A DNA stretch of 64,000 nucleotides from the NCBI GenBank assembly GCA_963705305.1, contig OY970067.1, forward strand, positions 4,160,001 through 4,224,000, in the 5' to 3' direction. The stretch is from an uncultured Methylomirabilota bacterium (lineage in GTDB: Bacteria; Methylomirabilota; Methylomirabilia; Methylomirabilales; 2-02-FULL-66-22). The notes below the pieces were generated by a model, which was not told the DNA's origin, ran no database searches, and saw only the letters and a list, made by a program, of their open reading frames with translations. The position numbers and the translations under genes are program-made. Shown piece by piece: positions 48,171 to 58,915 of this stretch. How positions within the stretch are numbered: the stretch's first letter is position 1; every line of letters begins with the position of its first letter.

Positions 48171-49690
48171 CCCTAATCTCCGGCTAAGAAGTTGAGGGGG
48201 ATCGCGAATCACGCAGCGGCCCGCAGTGCGCGCGGCCCGCGGGGTTGGCATCGGCCTTGCTTGGTTTCACCCAGTGGGTGCAAACACCACAAGGAGGAGA
48301 GCGATGCCCGACACCTCGCCCCGGTTGCCGTTCGAGATCGATGACGCGATCGACCCCACGCTGGTCACGGGCCGGGCCGGGGTCCCGCTCGTGATCGAGC
48401 TGTTCCGCCAGCTCGGGGTGGCCCAGGCCGTCGACACCCACGTTGCGGTCAAGCAGCGGCAGCGCGGATTACCCCCCTCGCAGCTCGTGGAGAGTCTCGT
48501 CGCGTTGTGGACGAGCGGCGGGGACCGCTGCCAGGACCTCACGACGCTCCGGGAGGATCAGGCCCTGGCCACGCTGCTCGGCTACCCCCTGCCGGCCGCG
48601 ACCACGGTCCGGGACTTCCTCGAGGCCTTCCACGTGGAGGACGGGCCGCTCTGGGTGGCCGGGCCCGCGGCCACGGTCCCCCTGGAGTCCGCCCCCTTGG
48701 CGGGCCTCGGACAGGCGAACCGGACGCTGGTCGCGGGCGTCCAGCGCGGGGCCCGGGCGGCGACGGCCACCCTGGATGTGGACGCGACGCTCGTCGAGAG
48801 CCACAAGGACGCGGCGACCGTGGCCTACGACGGGACCCGGGGCTACCAGCCCGTCGTGGTCCTCTGGGCCGAGCACGATGTCATCGTGCACGACCAGTTC
48901 CGCGATGGCCAGGTGCCCGCCGGGTGCGGCAACGTGCGCGTCCTCGAACAGGCGGTGGCCAACTTGCCCCAGGGCGTGGACCGCATCTCCCTGCGGGCCG
49001 ACAGCGCCCTCTACGAGACGGAGGTCCTCCGCTGGTGCGAGGAGAAGAAAATCGCCTACGCGATTAGCGCCGATATGTCCGCGCAGCTCCAGGCCGAGAT
49101 CCGGCGCCTCCCCGCGGCCGCCTGGCAGCTCGAGCGGGAGGAGCCCGAGGCGATCCGGGCCTGGGCCGAAGTCCCCTACGTCCCCGAGGATGGCGATCAC
49201 CGGAAGGCGCGGCCGTGCGTTCGCCGCTACCTCGCGGTGCGTATCCAGCGACGCCAGGGGAGCCTCTTCGCCGACGGGAGTAGCGTGCAGTACTTCGCCG
49301 TGGTCACCAATCGGCCGGAGGATGGGCTCACGATCCTCCGGTGGCACCGGGAGAAAGCAGGGACCATCGAGCACACCCATCACGTCCTCAAGACCGAGCT
49401 GGCGGCCGCCGCGCTGCCCAGTGGGAAGTTCGGGGCGAACGCCGCCTGGTTCCGGCTGAACGTGCTCACCTACAACCTGCTCACCGCGCTCAAGCGGTTG
49501 ACCTTACCCGGAGATCTCCGGACCGCCCGGCCGAAGCGTCTCCGGTTCCTGCTGTTCAACACCGTCGGGAAGGTCGTCGCGCATGCCCGACGGACGCTCT
49601 TGCGGCTCTCGGGCGCCCTGCAGCACGCCTTGCTCGTCCGGGCGCGGCGCAAGATCGCCCGGCTGGCCACCGCTTAGCCGGAGATTAGGG
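48171..49690 (+). mobile_element. IS1380-family element
   Basis: Perfect 18-bp IRs ccctaatctccggctaag / cttagccggagattaggg; 6-bp TSD gcctag. Confidence 0.93.
48304..49677 (+). CDS. IS1380-family DDE transposase
   Basis: TLDVDAT, GYQP, LRADSA and FGANAAW...YNL. Confidence 0.92.
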   Translation: MPDTSPRLPFEIDDAIDPTLVTGRAGVPLVIELFRQLGVAQAVDTHVAVKQRQRGLPPSQLVESLVALWTSGGDRCQDLTTLREDQALATLLGYPLPAATTVRDFLEAFHVEDGPLWVAGPAATVPLESAPLAGLGQANRTLVAGVQRGARAATATLDVDATLVESHKDAATVAYDGTRGYQPVVVLWAEHDVIVHDQFRDGQVPAGCGNVRVLEQAVANLPQGVDRISLRADSALYETEVLRWCEEKKIAYAISADMSAQLQAEIRRLPAAAWQLEREEPEAIRAWAEVPYVPEDGDHRKARPCVRRYLAVRIQRRQGSLFADGSSVQYFAVVTNRPEDGLTILRWHREKAGTIEHTHHVLKTELAAAALPSGKFGANAAWFRLNVLTYNLLTALKRLTLPGDLRTARPKRLRFLLFNTVGKVVAHARRTLLRLSGALQHALLVRARRKIARLATA

Positions 49691-49709
49691 GCCTAGAGTG
49701 CCTCGCGGC

Positions 49710-50573
49710 CTAGAGCGAATCGCGCGATTGCACCACCCGTCGCACGAAGGTCTCGGCGGCCTCTTCGGGCGGGGACAGCTCCTTGCCGTGATCGACCAGG
49801 TAATGTTGATGATCCAGAACCCAGAGGTAGAGGTCCCCCGCCGTTCGCCCCGGGAACTCCTTGAGAATATCCTGGCTCTGAATGACCCGGAGGATCGGCA
49901 GATACACCGTGTCGTGCCAGTGGGTGACCGCCTCTTCCTCCGAGATATCGCGCTGTTGATCCAGCCCCATAAAGTATCGGTGCACCGCGATGTGCTCCAG
50001 CAGCCGGCTGTAGCCGTCGGGAACGGTCAGCTCGATGTCGGCATCCGGCCGCAATCGGTCCAGTCCGGTGCGCTCCAGGAAGTCGACCCTAGCCCCCAGG
50101 ATCTCAAGATCTTCCGGGCGCAGATCGAGACCGACGGGGACTTTGACGTGGCATTCCCGGACCTCCGCCTCGATGAACTCCTGGCCCTGCTGCCTGGCCA
50201 CGGATACCCGGTGGTGGCCATCCACCACGAAGTACACTTCCCCCACCTTATAGAGGACGACCGGCGGCAGGCTGATCTCTTCGTAGAACGCCCGGTCGAT
50301 GCCCTGCCATCGAGCGGCCAGACGGTTGTGCGATGGCAAGAACGCCCGATCGAAATCGCGATAGCGGTTCACACTGCCCACGATGCGGGCGATCTCGACG
50401 GTCTGCACCCCCCGATAAATGGGGCCGCCGATCCGCAGCTTCTCCTTGACCTGATCGTACGACAGCAGGGCGTTGCGCCGTCTCGAGAAAAGCGCCAGCA
50501 TATCCCGCAGGAAGACTTTTGTGCGGGCCTTGCTGAAATCGGCCTGCACCCGGACCGCGATATCATCGAGCAT
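49710..50573 (-). CDS. ParB/Srx-like domain protein (DUF4032-like)
   Basis: IVGSVNRYRDFDRAFLP and YFVVDGHHRVSVA. Confidence 0.75.
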   Translation of the reverse strand: MLDDIAVRVQADFSKARTKVFLRDMLALFSRRRNALLSYDQVKEKLRIGGPIYRGVQTVEIARIVGSVNRYRDFDRAFLPSHNRLAARWQGIDRAFYEEISLPPVVLYKVGEVYFVVDGHHRVSVARQQGQEFIEAEVRECHVKVPVGLDLRPEDLEILGARVDFLERTGLDRLRPDADIELTVPDGYSRLLEHIAVHRYFMGLDQQRDISEEEAVTHWHDTVYLPILRVIQSQDILKEFPGRTAGDLYLWVLDHQHYLVDHGKELSPPEEAAETFVRRVVQSRDSL

Positions 50574-51216
50574 CGGCTTCCTCGAGGTCGATCACGCGGT
50601 AGGGGCACACGTTCAGGACGATCGTGGAGCCGATCTGCGTGCTCGTGACCGTATCCCGTCTCCACACATGCGAATGGCCGTGCAGCAGGAAGCGGGGGCG
50701 GTACCGCCTGATGAATCGATTGAAGCTCTGGAACCCCACGTGGGCGGGATCCGTCCCGTCGTGGATGCCCAGCGGGGGGGAATGGGTCACCAGGACATCC
50801 AGAAAGCGTCCCCACCGGACGCGGTTCCAGAGCAGCCGCGGGGTGAGTCCGGCCATCTGGACCGCCATCTCCATCTGGGTGTGCTGGTTCACGCCATCCG
50901 GACGGTAGCGGATGCTCCCCCCCATGCCCGCGAAGATCAGACCCTGCTCGCGCACGACCCGCCGGTCGATGTTGCCCGAGCCCCGCGCGATATGCGTGCA
51001 CTGGGCGGGGTCGGCGTCGAGGGAGAGATGGGGCGGAAGATCGTGATTGCCCGGAACATGGATCAGGGGGACATTCAGCATCGAGACCACGTACTCCAGG
51101 TAATAGTAGGGCAAATCTCCGCAGCCCACCACCAGGCTCACGTCGCCAAAGCGCTCTGTGACCGTCGGGCTGTAGATCTGCTCCACGACTTGATCGCTGA
51201 TCGCCAGGATTCTCAT
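50563..51216 (-). CDS. Calcineurin-like metallophosphoesterase
   Basis: ISD, GDL, GNHD, THSPP and HGHSH. Confidence 0.9.
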   Translation of the reverse strand: MRILAISDQVVEQIYSPTVTERFGDVSLVVGCGDLPYYYLEYVVSMLNVPLIHVPGNHDLPPHLSLDADPAQCTHIARGSGNIDRRVVREQGLIFAGMGGSIRYRPDGVNQHTQMEMAVQMAGLTPRLLWNRVRWGRFLDVLVTHSPPLGIHDGTDPAHVGFQSFNRFIRRYRPRFLLHGHSHVWRRDTVTSTQIGSTIVLNVCPYRVIDLEEADAR

Positions 51217-51279
51217 AGGATGCCGTCGCCGAATTTCGTCGCCGCGACCGCCGGGTGACAATCCGGAGACCGCTTCTGT

Positions 51280-51358
51280 CAGGCTGCTCAAAAAGGCCCA
51301 GATGCAAGGCGCCGCGGGAGCGCGGCAACGCCGCAGATGGGTCTTTTCCAACAGCCTG
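51280..51358. repeat. MITE-like repeat, copy 1 (short)
   Basis: Terminal IR caggctgctcaaaaaggccca...tgggtcttttccaacagcctg. Confidence 0.8.
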
Positions 51359-51364
51359 GAGAAG

Positions 51365-51401
51365 GACAAAGGCCTCAGCGGGCTTCGCTGAGGCCTTTGT
51401 C
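51365..51401. terminator. Hairpin terminator downstream of tRNA-Pro
   Basis: gacaaaggcctcagcg-ggctt-cgctgaggcctttgtc forms a perfect 16-bp stem. Confidence 0.75.
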
Positions 51402-51414
51402 GTCGGCACGAGTG

Positions 51415-51492
<78 letters not shown>

Positions 51493-51556
51493 CTTTCGAA
51501 TCCAATATTTCGTGGCGGCCACGCGGAGTGCCTGCCTCGATCTCGCTGAAGAAACG

Positions 51557-52231
51557 CTAGGCTCCCTCCGGCCAGCCATCTCGGCCGATCAGCTTCACGA
51601 AGACGCAGCCGCCCAACTCGCTCCAGCTCATCCCCTCGTCGCCCCGCACTCCCTTGCGCAGGGTCTGAGTGTACCCATCGCCTACCGGGAGCACCAGGCG
51701 ACCCTTGATCTTCAACTGCTCGATGAGTGCCTCCGGCACCGCCGGCGCACCCGCGGCGACCAGGATGGCGTCGAACGGGGCCTCCTCCCGCCAGCCGAGG
51801 GTGCCGTCCCCCACCCGAACCAGGACATTATAATACCCGAGGCCGTCCAGTCGCTTGACGGCCCGGTCGGCCAAGCCTTTGAGCCGTTCGATGGAAAACA
51901 CCTTGCCGCACAGCTCGGCCAGGACCGCCGTTTGGTATCCGGAGCCCGTGCCGATCTCCAGCACCCGCTCGTGGCCCACCAATTCCAGCGCTTCGGTCAT
52001 GAGGGCCACCATGTACGGCTGGGAGATCGTCTGGCCTTCGCCGATGGGCAGCGGATAATCCCCGTATGCTCGCCCGCTGAGCGCCTCATCCACGAAAAGG
52101 TTCCGCGGGACCTTTCCCATGGCCCGCAGCACATGCGGGTCGCTGATCCCGCGGCGCACCAGTTGCTCGGCGACCATCCGCTCGCGCGGCAGGGCGAATG
52201 CGTGTTCCTGGCTGCCTTCAGAGGCTACCAC
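51557..52231 (-). CDS. pcm: Protein-L-isoaspartate O-methyltransferase
   Basis: GQTISQPY, LEIGTGSGYQ and GDGTLGW. Confidence 0.97.
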   Translation of the reverse strand: MVASEGSQEHAFALPRERMVAEQLVRRGISDPHVLRAMGKVPRNLFVDEALSGRAYGDYPLPIGEGQTISQPYMVALMTEALELVGHERVLEIGTGSGYQTAVLAELCGKVFSIERLKGLADRAVKRLDGLGYYNVLVRVGDGTLGWREEAPFDAILVAAGAPAVPEALIEQLKIKGRLVLPVGDGYTQTLRKGVRGDEGMSWSELGGCVFVKLIGRDGWPEGA

Positions 52232-52273
52232 AGCCCTCTCGAGAAGAAAAGCGCCTTTTCCGCGCCGTCGGCC

Positions 52274-52472
52274 CTAGCAGGATGCTGACATGCCCACTTT
52301 CGCCCAGGCTGCTCAAAAAGGTCCAGATGCAAGGCGGTCCGCAAAGGGCCGGGCACCCGCCACAAGCGGGTCAAGGCGTACTTCCGGTACGCCGCAGCGA
52401 GTGCCCGAGCGGGCGGGGCACCCATCCGAAGGATGGGTCTCGGCAGGTGGGCCTTTTTCAGCAGCCTGCTAG
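52274..52472. repeat. MITE-like repeat, copy 2
   Basis: Same IR family; flanked by CTAG on both sides. Confidence 0.8.
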
Positions 52473-53251
52473 GCAGGCGGCCCCCCGTTGAACGACAGCC
52501 CCCACCCCTTCAACTCGTCGACGGCCGCGTGATTCGTCAAGTCCAGGTGGAGCGGCGTGATGGAAATCCAGCCGTTCATCACCGCCTCGTAGTCCGTTCC
52601 GCCGCCGCCTTCCCAGCGCGGCGAGGCGCCGCCGATCCAGTAGTACGTTTTTCCGCGCGGATCCTCCTTGCGCACCACCGTCTCGCTGTACACCCTCCGG
52701 CCCTGACGGGTGACGGCGATGCCGCGGATGGCCTCCGGCGGAAGGTTCGGCACGTTGATATTGAGCAGAGTATCGGGCGGCAGCCGCCGCCGCAGGATCT
52801 CGGGCGCCACCCGCTCCACGCACCGGACGGCCGCGCGGAAATCCAGCTCTCCCTCGCCCGCCACCGAGACCGCGATCGCCGGAAGTCCCTGCAGCGCGCC
52901 CTCGATGGCCGAGGCCACCGTCCCGGAGTACGTCACGTCGTCGCCCAGATTCGACCCGTGGTTGATGCCGGCGGCCACCAGGTCCGGCCGCCGGGGCAGG
53001 AGCTCCATCACACCCAGGGTGACGCAGTCCGTGGGGGTTCCATCCACGCTGTACCAGCCCTCCCCAAGCCGGAGAGCCCGCAGCGGCCGGCTGAGAGTCA
53101 GCGAGTGCCCGGAGGCGCTCCGCTCCCGGTCCGGCGCGACGACCACCACGTCGCCGTACTTCCCCAGCGTCTCCGCGAGCACCCGGAGTCCGGCCGATCC
53201 GACCCCGTCATCGTTGGATACCAGGATCAACGGGCGCTCGTCCCGTCCCAT
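52469..53251 (-). CDS. surE: 5'/3'-nucleotidase SurE
   Basis: SNDDG, GTPTDCV, GINHGSN and YSGTV. Confidence 0.97.
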   Translation of the reverse strand: MGRDERPLILVSNDDGVGSAGLRVLAETLGKYGDVVVVAPDRERSASGHSLTLSRPLRALRLGEGWYSVDGTPTDCVTLGVMELLPRRPDLVAAGINHGSNLGDDVTYSGTVASAIEGALQGLPAIAVSVAGEGELDFRAAVRCVERVAPEILRRRLPPDTLLNINVPNLPPEAIRGIAVTRQGRRVYSETVVRKEDPRGKTYYWIGGASPRWEGGGGTDYEAVMNGWISITPLHLDLTNHAAVDELKGWGLSFNGGPPA

Positions 53252-53341
53252 AACCCTCCCGCTCCCACTCGCGCCACCGGCTCGGTGATCGGTGCACACC
53301 GAGCCGTCCGGCGGTCGTCAGGGGTTCGACCGCACTCAAAG

Positions 53342-53418
53342 TGGTCGGGGCGAGCAGATTCGAACTGCTGACCCCTGGCCCCCCATGCCAGTGCGCTACC
53401 AGGCTGCGCCACGCCCCG
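53342..53418 (-). tRNA. tRNA-Pro(GGG)
   Basis: CGGGGCGTGGCGCAGCCTGGTAGCGCA-CTGGC-ATGGGGG-GCCAG...CCA. Confidence 0.97.
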
Positions 53419-53528
53419 GTGTCTGTTTGACGATGCCAGCGTCCTCGCGGGATCTCGATCTTCGGCGGGCTCCCACGTTCCCGAGTGGAGGATACCACAA
53501 CAAGGGGGATGCTGTCACATGGTTGGCG

Positions 53529-53942
53529 TCACGAAAGCTGTTTTAGGATCTCTTCGAGCCCTGCTCGCAACCGCTGCAAGGCGGCACGTATCTCTAGCCG
53601 GCGCGCCCGCTCTTCCCGCTCCGCCAGGCGCCTGCGCGCCCCGGCCACCGTGTATCGTTCTTGGTACAGCAGCTTGCGTATCTCCAGGATCATCAGCACG
53701 TCCCGCTTCCGGTACAGCCGCTGCCCGCCGCCGCTCTTGCGCGGCTGCAGCACCGGAAACTCACTCTCCCAGTACCGCAGGACATAGGGAGGGACGCCGG
53801 TGATCGTGGAGACCTCTCCGATCCGGAAATACAGCCGGTCCGGAACCTCTACCGGCACCTCATTCGCCGGCAGGACCTGCCGCTCGCGAGAGGCGGTGCC
53901 GCCGCTCGGCCCGTCGTGTTGGGTGCGAGGAGGTCTGGACAT
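53529..53942 (-). CDS. MerR-family regulator (ihf-linked type)
   Basis: YFRIGEVS...LRYWESEF...QRLY. Confidence 0.92.
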   Translation of the reverse strand: MSRPPRTQHDGPSGGTASRERQVLPANEVPVEVPDRLYFRIGEVSTITGVPPYVLRYWESEFPVLQPRKSGGGQRLYRKRDVLMILEIRKLLYQERYTVAGARRRLAEREERARRLEIRAALQRLRAGLEEILKQLS

Positions 53943-53954
53943 CGCGTGCTGTCG

Positions 53955-54239
53955 CTAATTCTCGTTCCCGGCATTAACGATTTGGTGCAGAGCCTTGCCG
54001 GGCTTGAACTTCAACACCTTCCGGGCAGTAATGGTGATCTCCGACCCAGTCTGTGGATTGCGCCCCTTCCGCGCTCGCTTGGCCCGCACCTGAAACGATC
54101 CGAATCCCACCAGCTGGATCTTTTCTCCTGCGCGGAGCGCGTCCTTGATGATCTGCAGGGTCGCTTCGACAGCCTCCATCGCCTGCTTTTTGGTCAAGCC
54201 CTTCTCGGCCACCAGTGATGCAATATCTGCCTTGGTCAC
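53955..54239 (-). CDS. HU/IHF-family DNA-binding protein
   Basis: GFGSF and RKGRNPQTG. Confidence 0.95.
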   Translation of the reverse strand: MTKADIASLVAEKGLTKKQAMEAVEATLQIIKDALRAGEKIQLVGFGSFQVRAKRARKGRNPQTGSEITITARKVLKFKPGKALHQIVNAGNEN

Positions 54240-54306
54240 TCCGCCCACCTCCTTGCCCGTCTGCCCTCGCGGGGCCGGCGGCAGGTTGGAACGTCGAGAC
54301 TACAGA

Positions 54307-55362
54307 TCAATTGCGAACGACCATGAAATTAAAGCCTTTCGCTTTGAGCTCTTCGCCTCGCTTTGTGGCTGCGCTGCGGGAATCGAAGCGTCCGTACCGC
54401 ACTTGGTATACCACCGTGGTGACAGGCTTCGACGTGATCTTCGGGCGGAAGTTCTTCTTTTGAAGCTCTCTGGCCAAGTCAATGGCCTCGTCGAGGTTGA
54501 AGAACGCTCCGATCTGCGGAGTAAATTTGCCTCCGGCGGCCAGCAGCTGGGATGGAAATCCATCGACGTTCAGCTTGCGCGCTAGGGCCTCGGCTTCACT
54601 CTTCCCCGTGGGTTCCCCCACCGTCACGACGTGTTTCGTCACGAACGCCGTGCCCTTACGAACGGCGGTGGCAAATCCGCTCTGCTCCAACTTGTGTCGC
54701 AGGGCTTCCGCGTTCTGCTCCATCACCATGGCGCCAATCTGCAGGCTGTATCCGGCAGGCGCGGCCGTCGCTTCGGGTGCCGCCTTGGCGGCTGGTTTTG
54801 CCTTGGGCTTGGGAGTGGACTTAGCCTCCACCTTCGCCTCGGTCTTTGGAATCGCAGGCGGAGGAGCCACCTTCTTCGAGGCCGGCTTGATCGGCGCCTT
54901 TTCTTTCGCTTTCACTCCGGGGATCGGGGGCGGGGGCGGAACAGCCTTGGCCTGGGTCGGTGCCGGAGCTTTGGTCGGCGCTGGCTCCGGCGCCGGGGCT
55001 GCCGGTTCGGCGGCTTTCGGGGCGGCAGGCGCCGGGGCTGCAGGAGCGGCGGACGTTTTCGGCATTACCGGGGGTGCCGCCGGCCGGGTGGAAGCCGGGT
55101 GGCGCGGTGGCGCCGAGAGGAACAATTGATTCGCTAGGTACCAGCCGCCGACGAGGATGACCCCGATTCCAACGAGAATGAGTATCCGGCGCATGCCCCC
55201 CGCCCCTCCGCTTCTTTTGCCGGAATCGTCTTCTTCCGGCAAATTTTCATCGGGCCTTGGCATATCGACCTCGGGATCCCCCTCGCCCAGATCGGGCGGA
55301 GCGTCCTCGTGCCCGCCTTCACCCCGCCCCAGGAATCGATTGGTGAAATTGAATTTCGCCAT
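54307..55362 (-). CDS. SPOR-domain protein
   Basis: TM helix, Pro/Ala/Lys linker, and YSLQIGA / YQVRYGRF SPOR repeats. Confidence 0.85.
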   Translation of the reverse strand: MAKFNFTNRFLGRGEGGHEDAPPDLGEGDPEVDMPRPDENLPEEDDSGKRSGGAGGMRRILILVGIGVILVGGWYLANQLFLSAPPRHPASTRPAAPPVMPKTSAAPAAPAPAAPKAAEPAAPAPEPAPTKAPAPTQAKAVPPPPPIPGVKAKEKAPIKPASKKVAPPPAIPKTEAKVEAKSTPKPKAKPAAKAAPEATAAPAGYSLQIGAMVMEQNAEALRHKLEQSGFATAVRKGTAFVTKHVVTVGEPTGKSEAEALARKLNVDGFPSQLLAAGGKFTPQIGAFFNLDEAIDLARELQKKNFRPKITSKPVTTVVYQVRYGRFDSRSAATKRGEELKAKGFNFMVVRN

Positions 55363-55432
55363 GAGGACCTCCGCCGTTGAATGCGCGCATCATACAGATG
55401 CGAATTTCGATTGTCAATGTATTTTTGAATAT

Positions 55433-56755
55433 TTACAAAGAAGCAATAAGGACTCCCTTCAAGTGATGGGCAGTGGCCTCGGTTATTTCGACAGTTGCCG
55501 TCGATCCTTCTTCGAGATATTTACCGGCGAAATGCACGATCTTGTTTTGCCGGGCTCGACCTGCCAGAAGGCCGGAATCCCGCTTGCTGAGCTCGCGATC
55601 AACCAGCACCTCGATGCGCCGGCCGATCCACTGCCGATTCCGGGCCAGCGAGTGCGCGTCCTGGGCGCGCAGGACGCGATGCAGGCGCTCCGCCTTGGTC
55701 GACTCCTCCAGCTGTCCCGGCAGGTCGGCCGCCGGCGTTCCCGCCCGGGGTGAGAACTTGAATGCGAAGCACCCGTCGAACTTTACCCGATCCATCAGGG
55801 TCAAGGTTTCGGAAAAATCCTCGTCCGTCTCGCCAGGGAATCCCACAATGATATCCGTGGTGACGGCCAGCTCGGGGATCGCCGCGCGGAGCATCTCGAT
55901 CCGCGCCAGGTATTCCTCCCGCGTGTACTTCCGCTCCATACGTGCCAGCGTGGCAGTGGAGCCGGATTGAACCGGCAAGTGGATGTGCTCGCACACGCTG
56001 GGAAGTTCTGCCATGGCGGCTGCCAGCTCGGGAGTGGCATTCTGGGGATGAGAGGTGGTGAACCGGACGCGCATCAGTGGTCCTACCACGGCGTCGAGGC
56101 GGCGCAGCAGCGTTGCCAGAGAGGCAGGCGGCGTCAGCTTCTTTCCGTATGCGTTGACCGTCTGTCCCAGGAGGGTCACCTCCCGGTACCCCCGATCGCG
56201 CAGCCGGGCCACCTCCCGCACGATGTCATCCGGCTGGCGGCTCCGTTCGCGGCCCCGGGTGAATGGCACGACGCAGAAGGTGCAGAAGTGATCGCAGCCC
56301 TCCATGATCCCCACCCAGGCCCGAATCCGGCTGTCGCGATGGACCTCGGCCTCCTCCGGAAACAGGCCCACGGGCTCGCCGGTGGCGGCCGCGGGAAGCC
56401 CCGGCCGGATGTGCAGCAGCTGCGGGATTTCGGCCAGGTGCTCGCCGTTGCCCACGACCAGATCGAGGTAGGGGAATCGGCGCAAGAGCGCCTCGCCTTC
56501 TCGCTGGGCCAGGCAACCCGCCACGCCGAGGCGCAGGCCCGGCCTCCGGCTCTTCAGGCCCTGCAGGGTGCCCAGGCGGCTGTAGAGCTTCTGTTCGGCC
56601 TTGTCGCGGATGCTGCACCCGTTGAGGATGATGAGATCGGCCTCGGCCTCATCCTCGGTCAGGCAATATCCCTCGCCGGCCAAGACGCCCGCGATGCGCG
56701 CCGAGTCCAGCTCGTTGGCCTGGCAGCCAAACGTGACGATCTTCAATTTGGGCAT
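55433..56755 (-). CDS. miaB: tRNA-2-methylthio-N6-dimethylallyladenosine synthase
   Basis: TFGCQ, GCDHFCTFCVVP.TRG.ERSR, HLPVQSG and C-terminal TRAM. Confidence 0.95.
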   Translation of the reverse strand: MPKLKIVTFGCQANELDSARIAGVLAGEGYCLTEDEAEADLIILNGCSIRDKAEQKLYSRLGTLQGLKSRRPGLRLGVAGCLAQREGEALLRRFPYLDLVVGNGEHLAEIPQLLHIRPGLPAAATGEPVGLFPEEAEVHRDSRIRAWVGIMEGCDHFCTFCVVPFTRGRERSRQPDDIVREVARLRDRGYREVTLLGQTVNAYGKKLTPPASLATLLRRLDAVVGPLMRVRFTTSHPQNATPELAAAMAELPSVCEHIHLPVQSGSTATLARMERKYTREEYLARIEMLRAAIPELAVTTDIIVGFPGETDEDFSETLTLMDRVKFDGCFAFKFSPRAGTPAADLPGQLEESTKAERLHRVLRAQDAHSLARNRQWIGRRIEVLVDRELSKRDSGLLAGRARQNKIVHFAGKYLEEGSTATVEITEATAHHLKGVLIASL

Positions 56756-56836
56756 GGACGCTGTCCAGTCGAACCGCACACCGCCGCGCCCCAGTCGCAG
56801 ACTCGCTCCGGCGGCACGGCGGGGGGATGGACGACT

Positions 56837-57808
56837 TCAGTACAGGTGGCAGGACACCCAGTGCCGCGGAGCGACTTCGCGCAGAACCGGCGCGTCCTTG
56901 TCACAGCGCTCGAACCGCTTGTGGCACCGCGTGTGGAACCGACACCCCGGCGGGGGATGGATCGGGCTGGGGGGATCGCCCTCCAAGATGATCCGCCGCC
57001 GCTTGGTGGTCGGATCGGGGATGGGGATGGCCGAGAGGAGGGCCTCCGTGTAGGGGTGCAGCGGCTTGGCGTACAGCTCTTCGCTGTCCGCCAGCTCGAC
57101 GATCTGGCCCAGGTACATGACCGCCACGCGGTCGCTGATGTGCTCCACCACCCGCAGATCATGGGCAATGAAGAGGTAGGTCAGGTTGAACTGTTCCTGG
57201 AGGTCCTCCAGCAGATTGATGACCTGGGCCTGAATGGACACATCCAGCGCGGAGATCGGCTCGTCGGCGATGATGAGCTTGGGGTTCACCGCCAGGGCCC
57301 GCGCGATCCCCACCCGTTGGCGCTGGCCGCCGCTGAACTCGTGCGGGTAGCGGTGCATCTGCTCCGGGCTCAGGCCGACCTGCTGCAGCAGGTCGGCCAC
57401 GCGCGCGCGCCGCTCGGCTTTGCTGTGGCAGAGCTTGTGGATCACGATCCCCTCCCCCACGATCTGCTCGACCGTCATCCGGGGGTTGAGGGAGGAGTAC
57501 GGGTCCTGGAAGATGATCTGCATTCGCTGGCGCAGGCTCCGCATCTCGCGCTTGCCGGCCTGGAAGATGGGGACCTGCTCGAAGTGCACCTCGCCGGCGG
57601 TCGGCTCGATGAGGCGCAGGATCAGCCGGCCCGTGGTCGATTTGCCGCAGCCGGACTCCCCCACCAGCCCCAGGGTTTCTCCGCGCCGCAGCTCGAAGCT
57701 CACGCCGTCGACGGCGTGGACCTTGGCCGGCTCCCCCCAGAAGAAGCCCCGCTTGATCTCGAAGTGCTTCTGCAGGTTGTGGACGCCGAGCAACACGTCG
57801 TTGGCCAT
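56837..57808 (-). CDS. Oligopeptide/dipeptide ABC ATPase (OppF/DppF-like)
   Basis: [21 protein letters not shown] and GCRFHTRC. Confidence 0.95.
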   Translation of the reverse strand: MANDVLLGVHNLQKHFEIKRGFFWGEPAKVHAVDGVSFELRRGETLGLVGESGCGKSTTGRLILRLIEPTAGEVHFEQVPIFQAGKREMRSLRQRMQIIFQDPYSSLNPRMTVEQIVGEGIVIHKLCHSKAERRARVADLLQQVGLSPEQMHRYPHEFSGGQRQRVGIARALAVNPKLIIADEPISALDVSIQAQVINLLEDLQEQFNLTYLFIAHDLRVVEHISDRVAVMYLGQIVELADSEELYAKPLHPYTEALLSAIPIPDPTTKRRRIILEGDPPSPIHPPPGCRFHTRCHKRFERCDKDAPVLREVAPRHWVSCHLY

Positions 57809-57819
57809 AGGGGCACCCT

Positions 57820-58812
57820 TCAGTACAGATAGCAGCGCGCGCAATGCTCCGGCCCGACCGTCTTCAGCGGCGGCTCCTCGCCGCGACACGGGTCGAAGAC
57901 CTGGGCGCAGCGCGCCTGGAACTTGCAGCCCGGCGGCAGGTCCAGCAGGTCCGGCACCATGCCGGGAATGGCCTGCAGGCGGGGCCGGCGCGCCGCCTTC
58001 TCGATGCGGGGAATGGAGGCCAGGAGGCCCTGCGTGTACGGGTGCTTGGGGTGCGTGAAGAGCTCGAGGACCGGGGCCTCCTCCACCACGCGGCCGGCGT
58101 ACATCACCGCCACGCGGGCGGCCGTGTCGGCCACCACCCCCAGGTCATGCGTGATGAGCATGACCGCCATGCCCAGCTCGGCCTTCAGCTGGTTCAAGAG
58201 CTCCAGGATCTGGGCCTGGATGGTCACGTCCAGCGCGGTCGTCGGCTCGTCGGCGATGAGGAGCTGGGGATTGCAGGACAGGGCCATGCCGATCATGACC
58301 CGCTGGCGCATCCCGCCGGACATCTGGTGCGGGTACTCCTTCACCCGGCGCTCGGCGTCCGGGATGCGCACGAGGCGCAGCATCTCGATGGCCTTGTTCC
58401 AGGACTCGCGCTTGGACAGCCCCTGGTGCAGACGGATCCCCTCGGCAATCTGGTCGCCCACGGTGAAGACGGGGTTGAGGGAGGTCATGGGCTCCTGGAA
58501 GATCATGGAGATGGAGCCGCCGCGCACCTTGCGCATTTCCCCATCGGAGAGCTCCAACAGGTTGCGCCCGCCCAGCCGGATGCTGCCGCCCGTAATCTTT
58601 CCCGGGGGGGTGGGGATCAGCCGGAGGATGGACAGCGCCGTGACGCTCTTCCCGCACCCCGATTCCCCGACGACGCCCAGCGTCTCCCCCTTCCGGATGG
58701 TGAGGCTCACGCCGTCCACCGCCCGCACCGTGCCCGCCTCGGTGATGAAATGCGTCTGGAGGTTCTCGATCTCCAGCAGGCTGCCGTTGTGGCTTCCCGG
58801 AGTCTGCGTCAT
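57820..58812 (-). CDS. Oligopeptide/dipeptide ABC ATPase (OppD/DppD-like)
   Basis: [22 protein letters not shown] and DEPTTALDV. Confidence 0.95.
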   Translation of the reverse strand: MTQTPGSHNGSLLEIENLQTHFITEAGTVRAVDGVSLTIRKGETLGVVGESGCGKSVTALSILRLIPTPPGKITGGSIRLGGRNLLELSDGEMRKVRGGSISMIFQEPMTSLNPVFTVGDQIAEGIRLHQGLSKRESWNKAIEMLRLVRIPDAERRVKEYPHQMSGGMRQRVMIGMALSCNPQLLIADEPTTALDVTIQAQILELLNQLKAELGMAVMLITHDLGVVADTAARVAVMYAGRVVEEAPVLELFTHPKHPYTQGLLASIPRIEKAARRPRLQAIPGMVPDLLDLPPGCKFQARCAQVFDPCRGEEPPLKTVGPEHCARCYLY

Positions 58813-58915
58813 GGATGGCCCTCTCTCGCAGCGATCTTGAGGTAAATGCGCGTCAGTCTAACATCGGCACCAAAACACTTCAACATCAAAACGCAGCCTG
58901 CCCGCTCCGCCCGCC

